A stretch of 63,561 bases of DNA, the filler included, from Asterionella formosa (lineage: Eukaryota), in NCBI GenBank assembly GCA_002256025.1. It is 15 parts of 15 records of this genome, joined end to end, with 100 filler letters (N's around TTAATTAATTAA, not from the genome) between each part and the next. Parts side by side here need not be neighbours in the genome. Positions count along the whole stretch, not along the records: positions 1 to 22,253 come from NKIB01002818.1; 14 more parts are not named here. One strand, written 5' to 3'. Shown piece by piece: positions 1 through 11,902 of this stretch. A program made the translations under genes and the position numbers. Position 1 is the first letter of the stretch; every line of letters starts with the position of its first letter. The notes beneath the pieces were generated by a model, which was not told the DNA's origin, did no database searches, and saw nothing but the letters and a program-made list of their open reading frames with translations.

Positions 1-1256
1 TAGATAATACGCTATAGTGTAGTAGTACCTGTAGTTCTTTTGTATTTGCAAGCGGCTGGAGAATCCTTCATCATCATGTCATTACAGCGTTGACCATGAT
101 GAAAATAGCGAATATCTCGACGAAAAATGCGAACGACGCTTTCCTCCTTTTAGATAAATATATCAAACACGACATAGATAGTACAATTGTAAAAGAATAA
201 TTCTAATAGCATTAATATTGACAACGAAAATTGACGTCGCCGCTGGCACACTTTTTCATCTAATTTAAATAGGCGCAATCACTAAATGATGATGCTACAA
301 GGAGCGAGATATGACACTTTTACAGTATTAGCTACACAACAACTGAGACCATGACTATAGTATTAACATGAATAATCGAAGCATAAGATGTGGAAAAAGG
401 CTTTTATCTACTGAGAATTGATTGATTGTGAATGGGATATTTGTGTAAAGTCATTGTAGAAGCTGGAAAATGGGAAGCATTTGCTCCACCAGCCAGTGTA
501 TGATGTCATCAAAACTGCCAGTAATGCCCTTTAATTGTAGTAAGCAATGTGCAGGAGTCAGTCCATACCTATGTACTGCTACATATAAAACCAGGTTGAT
601 ACTACTTGGCAAGCCATGCATGGCTGTGTCAACAGGAGTGTCCTGTTACCAGGGTTACCGGTAACCCAATTTCCTTCCGTAATGATGTAGGCAACATGTA
701 CAAATGAATTAAGAACTACCAGGTATGTTTGTTTAGTTTAAGCAAATTTTGCTTAAAGTAGTAGAGTCAATTTGCTTAAACTAACATAGTCCCTAAATGC
801 TTAAACCCAAAATTGCAATTTGTCAGAACCAATTTTGTCCCTAATTATCTGAATTTGTCCAGTCAGCTTTATAAGCCTGCAGGTGCAACCCATTAGAAGT
901 TTAATACTTTGATTTCTTAACGGCTGCCAAGTCGGAAAATATTTGTCATTTTTGGGAATGAGTACACAAAGAAGCAAAATTACTGCAACTTGCTGACATC
1001 CTGCAATCTTGACCTGCCCCTGCTGGTAAAGTGAAGGGGAGACATGATATATAGCTATAGACACCTGATGCTATCTCAGAGAGTTACTGGCACACCCAGA
1101 AAGTGATGACGAGGAGGGCCTTAGTGGTGCACTACCAGTACCTGGTACTGGTACCCAGGTAACCAGCTATCATTTTTAGAGCAATCAAATATCTTTCTCA
1201 ATTGCCCCTGTCGTAAGAGCAGCTCGATACGCAAAAAAGAATTTATTGGTGTGATA

Positions 1257-3962
1257 TTATATGTCTGTCATGGGGTGTGAACATACCAACTTCGTCACAT
1301 CAAGGAACGAATTATATCGCGCCTCCCTCTCGTTTGACTTCTTCAACCGTTTTAAAATAGGTTTATTCCTCTGAATGCGATGGTCGGTGTCCGACGAATC
1401 CCACAATTCATCGCCTAACAGCTCTCCATAACAATTGTTTCTTTTCCTGGGATTGCATACCTCGATTAATGTCCGTTTCGGGAATTTCTTCACACTCTCC
1501 TCTTTCACCTGAACAGAAAAAGGTTTGATTTGGTGACCGTCGGTCTGGAATGATAGGTTTTCAAGATCTTGCTGGCCACTTGTCCTCGTCAACCTTTCGC
1601 TTCCATCGGAGGATTTCGGCTTCGTGGCTTCGGATGTCCTCTTAGCATTTATATTGTCATCCCATATTGAGGTCGCTCTTTTTTCTCGAGTTTTTGTCAA
1701 ACCAACACATTCATTTCTCCCGGATGGTGAAGACTTTTCGTTCTCGCTGCTACCAAAGACTGCCTGTTGGTGTACTTCGTCATCGATGATCCCTTCGGAA
1801 TCCAAGTTTTTAATGGTCTTGAAATCGAGTTTCGTTTTCTCTTGCTCGATTGGAGACGATAATTTGTTTAAAGAAGTCTTGGCGATCGGTGCTTTCACTG
1901 CGTTATGCTTTGTAAAGCAAAAGCCTGCGGGGGAGTAACTTTGAGGAGAGTTTCTTGTCGACGAAACCAATAGTATACCATTCTTTGATGATTCCAAAGC
2001 CGCATCAAGGGCTTTTNNNNNNNNNNNNNNNNNNNNNNNNNNNNNNNNNNNNNNNNNNNNNNNNNNNNNNNNNNNNNNNNNNNNNNNNNNNNNNNNNNNN
2101 NNNNNNNNNNNNNNNNNNNNNNNNNNNNNNNNNNNNNNNNNNNNNNNNNNNNNNNNNNNNNNNNNNNNNNNNNNTATTTCTTTTTGCCAATTCTAGTGCT
2201 TCCAACGTCGAGTCCGAGTCACCGGTGGTTTCATCGTCAAATGTTGAAAGTTTCTGTGGACGCCTCGATCCTAGGCTAGATGAAACTACTTCCAACCCCC
2301 CGCGTTGCTGATAGGGACTGTCTGATTCAATAAAGGAAATTTCGGTCGCTTTCTTCTTTCGACGGGAGAATTTGAAATGCCGCTGTTTGACATCCATAGA
2401 ACTCTCGGTGTCACTGGAGTGTTGGTGGGGTCGATGTGATTCCTTTTTTGGTAGTACCTTTGTAGTTTTGCTGAAAGAGGACGAGTCAGAATTACTCCTG
2501 TTGATATTCAATCCCTTGTTTGACTTTGTTGCGCGCATTGGGGGGTTCACCCGTCCTACCTCTTTCCGATCAATGGAACCTTTAGAATCCGACTCGAAAT
2601 GTTTGGTTCGTTTGCCTTCTGTCAGGTCAATGGTCAAATGAGGCACTTTTTGCTTCATTTTCGCTCCTACTTTGTGCTTTTGAGGATCCGATGGTCCCAG
2701 CTTTCGCTGCGCATAGTTCATCATATCCATGGGTGCAAACCCATCAGCTTCGGCTCGTTTCTGGAAGGCATTCATGTTCTTATCCAAAATACATGCAATG
2801 CGATCCGATTCCTTCTTGATTCCAGCTCGAAAGCTGAAGTCCCCCTTGAGGGCTCGTTTCTTCAAAATGAACTTCTCTATGCAGCGAGCACATCCTTGAT
2901 GAGGAAAAAGCCTCCCTTTCTCCAGTACTTGGACCCGCTTGATAATAATATTATCAGGCAAGACGTCTCCACTGTCTAGTACAAGCATTGGTTCTCGATT
3001 CGGATCTGTTGATATTACCATCGCTATACGCTGTCCACGTCTATCACCAAACACAAAAATCGGACTTGTGTATTGTATGATATCACCTGGTCGCAACGGT
3101 TCCGTTTTCTTGTCACTGAAGTCTTGCAAACGAAATCCCCCCTCCACCCCCAAATTCTCGTTATAGGGAATTTCCATGTCACTATCACCCTCCTTAGCTC
3201 CTCTGCTATCGCCATCGCTATTTTCGTCAGCACTCGCTTCCACTGCCTTGGCTGCCTTCCGAATTCGCTCCAGATATGGATAGGTAGCATAAATGTCTGA
3301 CGTGATCACTACCATGTTTTGTCGTGTAGCTTCCAGTCTGCGCTCATTTGAGTATGTTTTAAATATAGTTCGGCTCCATTCCTTCTTGTTTGAATTTACT
3401 CCATTGTAAGGGGTCAACATGGATAGGTCGACGACCAATCGGTCCCTTCCACTAAAGGGTTTGGATGGTGGAAAGTCCAAGACTTGAATCAAACATGCTT
3501 CATTGTCGTCCCAAAACGGTTCTAAGTTAAGATGAATACGAGCTTCGGTACGTTCACAGACTCGACAGGGATAATGCCGACTTTCCGAGTCCTTGTACCA
3601 AAAGAGTTGATTTGTGGATCTGATTCCCGCAGGTAGAGTCGCCATTGAAGCCTTGGACGCAGCTGGAGTGCGCGGTGGTACAACAAGACCGAATGAGGAA
3701 ATAGGACTTGTAACTGAAAACTAAATCCATACATCAACTCACCAACCGCCTCTGCAATATCCTCCTCCACTTTGCTGTTCTGCTTCCATTGCAGGACCGC
3801 GGAACGTCGACTCTGATTCCCTTCCTCTACTGCTCGATTTGGCTTCTCTTTGCACTTCATCGACTTCGTGGCAACATTCTTCTTAGATGATGGTTTTGCA
3901 GAAAAGGGTGAAAAGGCGAGAATATCGTCTTCCGAAGAATCCTCCGTAAAAAAAGTTGCCAT
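1257..3962 (-). CDS. Hypothetical protein (~870 aa, spans an N gap). Possible PWWP/Tudor-like N-terminal module, long Ser/Lys-rich disordered C-terminus
   Basis: Exon 1 3962-3743, intron 3742-3663 (GTGAGT...CAG), spliced in frame (AV-A-ASKASMATLPAG) to ORF 2005-3645. ORF 1257-1997 stays open up to the N gap at 2017-2174 (KALDAALESSKNG), so it is probably the same gene. Confidence 0.7.
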
Positions 3963-5030
3963 TGTCTAANNNNNNNNNNNNNNNNNNNNNNNNNNNNNNN
4001 NNNNNNNNNNNNNNNNNNNNNNNNNNNNNNNNNNNNNNNNNNNNNNNNNNNNNNNNNNNNNNNNNNNNNNNNNNNNNNNNNNNNNNNNNNNNNNNNNNNN
4101 NNNNNNNNNNNNNNNNNNNNNNNNNNNNNNNNNNNNNNNNNNNNNNNNNNNNNNNNNNNNNNNNNNNNNNNNNNNNNNNNNNNNNNNNNNNNNNNNNNNN
4201 NNNNNNNNNNNNNNNNNNNNNNNNNNNNNNNNNNNNNNNNNNNNNNNNNNNNNNNNNNNNNNNNNNNNNNNNNNNNNNNNNNNNNNNNNNNNNNNNNNNN
4301 NNNNNNNNNNNNNNNNNNNNNNNNNNNNNNNNNNNNNNNNNNNNNNNNNNNNNNNNNNNNNNNNNNNNNNNNNNNNNNNNNNNNNNNNNNNNNNNNNNNN
4401 NNNNNNNNNNNNNNNNNNNNNNNNNNNNNNNNNNNNNNNNNNNNNNNNNNNNNNNNNNNNNNNNNNNNNNNNNNNNNNNNNNNNNNNNNNNNNNNNNNNN
4501 NNNNNNNNNNNNNNNNNNNNNNNNNNNNNNNNNNNNNNNNNNNNNNNNNNNNNNNNNNNNNNNNNNNNNNNNNNNNNNNNNNNNNNNNNNNNNNNNNNNN
4601 NNNNNNNNNNNNNNNNNNNNNNNNNNNNNNNNNNNNNNNNNNNNNNNNNNNNNNNNNNNNNNNNNNNNNNNNNNNNNNNNNNNNNNNNNNNNNNNNNNNN
4701 NNNNNNNNNNNNNNNNNNNNTGTTAATAGTCTAGTAATAAATTCCAGAGTCTCATTTTAAGGGCAAAGAAACAACATAAAATTCGCGAAACAACATTGTC
4801 TTCTACTTGTAAATTACATGCTTCTATAATCTGACGCTGTTGGCATGGATGAATAAATCTGATCTGTGAATGACAGTGATCGCTAGGCATGAATGCAATT
4901 GTGTGATAGGGAGATCCATTCTGACACCAAGCAGCAGATAGTATAGCTTAGTTGATTGGGACCTCTGATGATAGATTTTGATCGTGACCCTGGAAAACAA
5001 GCCATGAATCCGATCACATTCTGTAGAGGT

Positions 5031-5648
5031 CTAGTCGAAGGAGATTGCGACATCAGTAAAACCTGCAAGACAAGAAAACTTCTTTGTTTTGGAAACTAGA
5101 AGGGCCCCAAAGACTTCAGCTAGCTCCTGCTCCAAGCGCGAAATGTTATCGGTATCTGTGGTGTCGATAGTGCTGACATTCAAGGCAGAACCACGAAGAC
5201 TCCGACGAACGGCGTCATCAGTGAGCTTGTTGTTTCTAGGGCATGACATACATTGACCACTAAGCGCGACTCTCACTCTCCAGAATCTAGAATCTGAGTA
5301 CATTGTGATTGGCTGGTTTGAGAGTCCGCGATCTGCGCCTTCATTGGCGGCAACAACTGGAACAATCTTCATAGACTCGGAAATAATTCTGGCGGCATCA
5401 AACTCAAACAGGGCACCATCACCAGTATCTGCTTCGCGTTCAAGCAAGAGGAAATTGAGTGATTTGAGGACCAAACTGTTGATAGCTTCCGTGGTTTTGT
5501 GAGAGCACAATTCCAAGGTGGCTCCTTCCAGGGTGTACATGAGATTCGCGTTGACACGGGTCTTGTTTTGTTCATTCTTCGCGGCGAAGGACGAGCTGGC
5601 AAGGAAAAGGACGGAAAGGAGTAAGAAGTGAATGATTGAGAAGCTCAT
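5031..5648 (-). CDS. Secreted hypothetical protein, 205 aa
   Basis: Single ORF with a hydrophobic signal peptide (MSFSIIHFLLLSVLFLASSSFA), a CxxC motif (GQCMSCP) and RXL-type sites (RGL, RRSLRG). Confidence 0.8.
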   Translation of the reverse strand: MSFSIIHFLLLSVLFLASSSFAAKNEQNKTRVNANLMYTLEGATLELCSHKTTEAINSLVLKSLNFLLLEREADTGDGALFEFDAARIISESMKIVPVVAANEGADRGLSNQPITMYSDSRFWRVRVALSGQCMSCPRNNKLTDDAVRRSLRGSALNVSTIDTTDTDNISRLEQELAEVFGALLVSKTKKFSCLAGFTDVAISFD

Positions 5649-6970
5649 GTTGAAAAAAGAGATGTTCTATGGAAGGTAGGCGATAAATAGCAATGCGTAA
5701 CTGTTTTGCAGTTCAGGCAAAGTCAAATTGTGAGCTTTTGCTTCACGAAAAGTAACAAAAACCATAACCACTGTTGCCATAATTGTTTGTCATGGAGGGC
5801 AAATTTTTTTTGGCTCGACTCATGTTGGCAAACAATAGGAGGATAGAGCATTGCAAAAAAGCTAGAGTGTGACTTCACACAGATAGGCTAAGTGTATTTT
5901 GCCCAGTTCAACATAAAAACAGCCAACCACACAGGAGTAAGCACGATTGCGTTTATGTAAAATGCCATGTAATCGTGTTTTTGCGGCACAACAAGACAGG
6001 AAGGACGAATAAAAGCGAAAGGATATGTGTGATTGGATCAATCTGCCTTTTCAAACAAGGTGTACGTAGAGGATAGATCTACATTTACACTCTGGTACCT
6101 GGTACCAGGTACCAAGTACTATTTTCTATCATAAACGGAGCATGATGTATATTTTCATCGCGTGATCAAATATTTACGTTTTGATGACGTCCATTCCAAG
6201 AACTTGCGTCATCGCTTGAAATTTACTAGTTCTACCGACACGTTATTCCGGTACCAGGTACCGGTAGTTGCTTGATGAACAGGGAGGGCGATGATGAGCA
6301 ACCAGTTTTGTTACGGTACCAGGTACCTGGTACTCGGAGTACCTGGTATCATGAACGCACACATATAGAAAGGAAACGACTTAAAATTATTCTGCATTTT
6401 GCGCTGTTAATGGTTTGTTGGACGATGAATAATTTTATTGGTAACAAGCAGATTAATCATCAATCGAGTGATGACTAAGATGAGGATGGACACATATAAA
6501 TTGAAAATCGAGGTTGGCTGTTAACGGTCTCCTGGAAATAACACCAATTCTATATGAACCTGTTTCCTCGCTCCCCCATCGGCATATTTGTCAACGTTTG
6601 GCATGAACAAGTCGAACAGAGCTATGGTGAAATCAGAAGTTTTCCCTCAAACCCAAAGTCGTCATAATATTTCAATCAATAAGAGCCAGTTGGATGATAC
6701 AAGGGTGAAATAGAAAACACATTACTACTATCAACGCTAGGTTCCTCCATAGCACGGAATAATACATTTCCCGGCTATATTTCCGACGGAATTCCTCGCT
6801 ATAGTAATTCATTCAATACATAGGTATTCTACACATTGGGGTGATTTGCAATACTGTATGGAACAAATTGTCACCCAAGCCTATTGTTCACAGTCAGTTA
6901 CTCATATGATGCTTTCAAGCTTGCCAGAAATCCCCTTGACAAGCTTAACGGAATAGCATCATATCCTCGT

Positions 6971-8424
6971 TCATCTGACCCTTTTGACCTTCGTTTTAAC
7001 ATCGCCATTTCCTGCTCCATTACCCTTTCTGTCCTTTCTATAACCGCCATCTTTAATCCCTATACCTCCTATACTCTTGCTGTTCTTGGTGACAGTTGCC
7101 CCTTTTCCTTTCCCGCCTTTCCCTTTCCCGCCTTTCCCTTTTCCGCCTTTATCTTTGCAGTTTTGTATGGGTGAACAAGTTGGTGAGGGCGGATAGTACG
7201 AGGGTGGAAGCATATCTGGTGGCAAATTGGGCTTATGATGCGGGCGTTCAGTTCGATGAGAATTGGGAACGTCAAATGGAATAGGAGACTTGGTGGCGAC
7301 AGGAAAGGTTGTTGGCCACAGCGTAGGGGGTACCAGTGGCGTCTCTGTCGGAGGTAACGTTGGCATCGCTGTCGGAGGTATCACTGGCATACTTGTCGGG
7401 GGCATTACAGGCTTCTCTGTAGGGAGTATCGCTGGTTTCTCCGGCTTCTCAGTAGGGCGTATCGCTGGTATCTCTGTCGGAGATATCGCTGGTTTTGTTG
7501 TTGGAATTGGAGACACTGATGCATCAAGTGAAGATGTTGGTGATGCTGCGCTAGGTCTAGGATGATTCTTGCACGCACCAAGATCCATTCTTCTCAAGAC
7601 ACCACAGCCGATCCTTTTTTCCTTGTCTTGGTCAAAAATAACCGCAGTTCGCCTAGTATTATCCCTGTAATCATATCCATTAAACATGCTGAATTCACCT
7701 TTAGCCTTTCCATGACTGTTTGAGTTATAGACTGCCCCATATTCTAGGCGCCATGGGTTGTATGCCCCCTCAACTGCACGATTCCATAAACGAATCAACG
7801 GAGCATCACACGAGTCTCCTTCATTGATCTGGATTTTACAATTACGACAGTGCTCTCGAAGGCCCTCAAGATCGTATTCATACACAAACTCCCAATCTGG
7901 ATTATAGCCTGGGTATTGTCCATTCGTTTTGTTGTAGAATGATCCTGGACCAGTTTGGAAGGTCACCTTTATGTCGCCGTAGGGATCTATGTAAGAACTA
8001 TCTTGGCTTGACGCACTTTCCCGGAAAGGAGCAATGCAGGTTGTCAAGTACTCGTGTCCATCGTTGCTGGCTCCGTCGGGCTCGCCAGTGGCATCGTCGT
8101 CGTCGTTGGCTTGCTTCAATAGCCGTTTTGCATTAGTATTGGTTGTCTATAGAGTAGTTTGAGTCAACATGTTAGTTCGAGTCAGCAGCATCATCAACAT
8201 GATAGCGCTGTAGCACAACGTACCTCCTTTGTATTCCGCAGATGATCATAGTGACGAGGGAGATGAAATTCATCTTGAGCCACACTTGTTCGTGGTCTAA
8301 CAAGATGAAACTCAAATGTGTTAATTACTTTTCTGTTTTCAACACGTCGCGTTTCATCTCGTCTCGTGGATTCAGCCAAGGATGACGGCACTGCCAGCAT
8401 GAGGAGGCCCAATAGTCTCTGCAT
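6971..8424 (-). CDS. Secreted protein (~458 aa): Cu/Zn-SOD-like domain lacking metal ligands, Pro/Thr-rich repeats, Lys/Gly-rich tail
   Basis: Exon 1 8424-8224 begins with a signal peptide (MQRLLGLLMLAVPSSLA). Intron 8223-8147 (GTACGT...CTAAC...TAG). Exon 2 8146-6971 is in frame (TTNTNAKRLLKQANDDDD). Contains CKIQINEGDSC...RIGCGVL, P-T-E-x-P repeats and (KGGKG)3. Confidence 0.8.
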
Positions 8425-9053
8425 GGTGGTACTATGAAATAAATCGTTTCAAATGTAATCAAGTGAAGTGACTTGGATTCGACTTACTTTTTGGGGGGGG
8501 GGGAAGTGTGAAGTGAACTTGTGATGTTTCATGCGTTGGGCCAGATCTCAACGGCTATCAATTTTAGATACCGGGTTCACTATATTTCCCGCCTTTTCAA
8601 GTGGTACCAGGGTATGTAATGGTAATGAATTACTGGGTAGATGCAGCAGTCATGGTATGTGTACCAGTAATTTAAACCCTTTCTTTGTATACCACACAAA
8701 CATATGTACCGGTAAATGATATACGATATACGGTATGTTGACCACCACACATCATCCATACATGTGAATTACGGAGTAGGAGTAGCAGCTACCAGGTACT
8801 GGTACTGGTACTATCACCCATGCTGCCTGTTTACGTTATCAACCCGTGGTGGTGCGTTTATGCCTGTGCGTATACCTAGGTACCGGTAGTATACCTGGGA
8901 TTGTGGGTATGGACTGCGAGCTATGCCCCTCCTCGTGAAAAGCTTTACCAGGTTACCGGTGGTAGCCATCCTCAGCAGGCTGATGTACCAGGTACCACTG
9001 TGAACACCACGCACAGAGCATGATGGAGGGAAAGCAAACAGAAACACTGTCAC

Positions 9054-9088
9054 AACGGTACCAGGGTACCAGGTACCCTGGTACCGTT
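9054..9088. repeat. Perfect 17-bp inverted repeat built from GGTACC units
   Basis: AACGGTACCAGGGTACC-A-GGTACCCTGGTACCGTT. Confidence 0.9.
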
Positions 9089-9241
9089 AAACATATACGG
9101 TAGATGTATCCACGCTAGGCCGGTTGACATGACTACATATACAAAAGAAGGCAGTGATTAGATTTTCGATTCCTTGCATTGTGTGTGCCGTCATTGAGTT
9201 GTTTCAATCTTCTCAGCAATCGTTTCCTCGTCTCTGTAGAA

Positions 9242-10483
9242 ATGGCATTGAAGGAAAGAAAAAGCGTAGTAAAAACGAAAAAAGTCCCTCTGCGAGAAAT
9301 GATCAAGAAGTGGCGGCGGAAACGCAACAAAAGTGACCGCAAAAAGCGACCACCTACTCTGCCAGCAAGAGAGGACACCACCACTGGAAGTTCGGAACCA
9401 ATCACAAATGTGATCCCCCAATTAAGAAACAGAAAAATGAAGCGACAAAGAATGACTTCGCGTTCGTTATTAGGTGGATGCAGGAAATATAGAGCAAGCC
9501 AGAGTGAGGACGTATGTATTTGCTATACAACAAGGTTGAGAAGGGATGATTCTTCTCCCGGAGTGGCATATTCCCTTCCAAACTTTATGGACGAAACAAG
9601 CAATTTCAAGTTCATTGCTTCGCTTAGACGACATGAATTAACGGGGACATATGATGCGGTGTTTTATGTTTCCAACCCGTCGTTGGTCACCAGAAATCTT
9701 GGACAAGGCTGTCCAATCACTAGTATTCATCACACCATTGATGGGTCAGCAGAGATGAAAATGATTGGAAATGGTAAAATTATCGGCAACCTTGATATAC
9801 AGCATTGTTGTAGATGGAAAAATCATACTGATGGATATCGCGCTTGTTTTGGAGAAAGGGACGTCCTCGGGGACAGGCCTGTCCAGCGCAGTATAAAGTC
9901 ACCAAAACCAGAAGCTCGTGCTGATGCTTGGATAAGCCCTGCTGGTATGCTTGATCTCGTCATCGTTCCAGATATAGATCCACGAGAGAGATGGTGGAAC
10001 TTGAATTATGATGATCCTATCTGGACCTACAATAAGCCGAGTGACTGTCGACTGAAAGTATTGGCAAATCGAGTGCCCATCGGGTTACTCAAGAAGCAAG
10101 ACCATTTTTCAACTGATGAAATGGCTGATTGTTCGACACTGGCGAGAGCAATTAGTCTTGAGGAAGCGGATACACTGATGAAGAATTTCTTCAAGGTAGA
10201 TGGTTCAACGTCATGGCTATGTAACCATTTCAATATTCCAGTGGACGTGACAATGCTCATTAAGACCTTCAGCACCCCGTTTCCAGTGTATTATTTCGAA
10301 CCAGGTGATGTCTTTCTCCTTTATCACGATAACGAGAATGATAGTAATTGCTCGGAGAAATGTGTGGTGTTGAGGAAGAAGCTCGACGAAGGAAAGGCCG
10401 ATGTCGAACATGAGAGTATTGCGCTATTAAACTCCAGCGTCCATGAGACTCCAGCAGAATTTGTAGACCTGTTGTTTGGTTAG
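9242..10483 (+). CDS. Hypothetical protein (~413 aa) with basic, NLS-like N-terminus
   Basis: Long uninterrupted ORF. First ATG at 9242 (MALKERKS...KKWRRKRNK). No recognised domain. Confidence 0.65.
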   Translation: MALKERKSVVKTKKVPLREMIKKWRRKRNKSDRKKRPPTLPAREDTTTGSSEPITNVIPQLRNRKMKRQRMTSRSLLGGCRKYRASQSEDVCICYTTRLRRDDSSPGVAYSLPNFMDETSNFKFIASLRRHELTGTYDAVFYVSNPSLVTRNLGQGCPITSIHHTIDGSAEMKMIGNGKIIGNLDIQHCCRWKNHTDGYRACFGERDVLGDRPVQRSIKSPKPEARADAWISPAGMLDLVIVPDIDPRERWWNLNYDDPIWTYNKPSDCRLKVLANRVPIGLLKKQDHFSTDEMADCSTLARAISLEEADTLMKNFFKVDGSTSWLCNHFNIPVDVTMLIKTFSTPFPVYYFEPGDVFLLYHDNENDSNCSEKCVVLRKKLDEGKADVEHESIALLNSSVHETPAEFVDLLFG

Positions 10484-11029
10484 CTAATTGATAATACTGG
10501 AAGGCCTGTCTGTCGTCAGAAGCATGATAAACCATGACAAACTGTCCGTCGGTCAAATTACGGTAAGCGACCACACCTTGAATGTGATTACTTTGCAACT
10601 AGTGAGGATTATGTTGCAGCCCGCATTTTATTCATCTGTAGGTGGTTCCCGATTTATAATTTGAGCTGCCTGGAGTATACCGGTAGTCTGTCATAAGTTC
10701 GGTAGTCTGTTATAAGTTGATCTTTCTTCCTTGACACCTTGTGGAGGGAAGTGTCGCGCTTGCACCGCTTTAAAGGACAGTTGTGAGTTCCTAGTGCACA
10801 AATGTTCCTCTACAGAAATTCATATTCCTTGTCAGACCCCATCAAAACTAAGAAATACTGACATACCCTCACTGACCTGAAACTTCGGAATAGAATCAGG
10901 AATACGTACGGCTCCGTACATCGCAAAATTCATTCGGGAGACTTGAGTAGGAAGTCGTACCGGTAGATTAACCTAGAATATTCAGCAGTCTCCTTACCGG
11001 TAGTATTACCTGGGCGAAGTTGAAATGTA

Positions 11030-11500
11030 CACCTGGTACCAGGGTACCTGGTACCGTTATGTTCCAAGCAACGAATACCGGTATGGACTGTAGACCTGCG
11101 AGGTACCTGGTACCGGGTGCCTGTGCCTGATCAACGACATTTGTAAAAATCAAAATGCCGGCACTTCCGTCATTACAAAAAGGTTATTGCCGGTACCTGG
11201 TACCAGGTACCACCAGTTTTACCTGGTACACATGCCAGAGTTTCGCGCCAATGATACCGGTACTTCCGCCTCAAGGATACCACGAGGAACTGGACCTGTT
11301 ACCTGGTCCAGGCAGTACCAGGTACCATGCATATTATATGCATTACGGAGTGGTTGGTACCTGGTACCAGTACTCCGCTTTCATTGCTATGATATACCTC
11401 CCTTCGGCAGTTACTGTCCTACGTTCATTTTCGCACTACCGGTACATAGAACCAACTCAAAGGAGTACCTCGGTATTGTACCCTGGGTAATACATACCGG
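11030..11500. repeat. Dense cluster of palindromic GGTACC / TACCAGG / TACCGG low-complexity motifs
   Basis: Repeated GGTACCTGGTACC, CCAGGTACC and TACCGGTA words. The same words recur near 1135, 6095, 6250-6350, 8790-9090, 15965, 43560, 44510, 47700, 49190, 53175, 55040 and 57915. Confidence 0.8.
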
Positions 11501-11902
11501 TATTATCACATGATTTATTCTTCATGGATGCCGATAATGCACGTGAGTATTCATCAACACCACCAAAAATGAGGAGCCCGCTGTCACAGGGTTCTTGGAT
11601 ATATTCCACACAGGGGAACATCATTTATCGGCGATTAATTATATAAAAATTCAATTTATTCCAAGGTAAGGTTGGCGAATGACCGATTGACTAAGGTGGT
11701 TTTTACCAGGGACGAATTAGTTTTCGTTGATCCCAGTGAGGCAATTGACGAGTCAGAAGGTGCCGACAGTGGTCGATCTGCCTGCCCAAACGATGCAACA
11801 GACATATCAGAAAATGGTTGTCCGATTCCAGATGATTGGTGACACGATTTGATGAGAACCCCTCTTACTGATTGTTTCTCTTCGTGTTCACAAGCACTTT
11901 GA

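Noticed and set aside
3970..4720. ORFs running through N runs (here and at 28072, 30549, 32440 and all linkers)
   Set aside because: Their length comes from unknown bases, not coding signal.
11155..11513. Short ORFs rich in YQVPGTWY-like peptides (also 6272, 43416, 44398, 49106)
   Set aside because: These are translations of the GGTACC/CCAGG low-complexity motifs, not genes.
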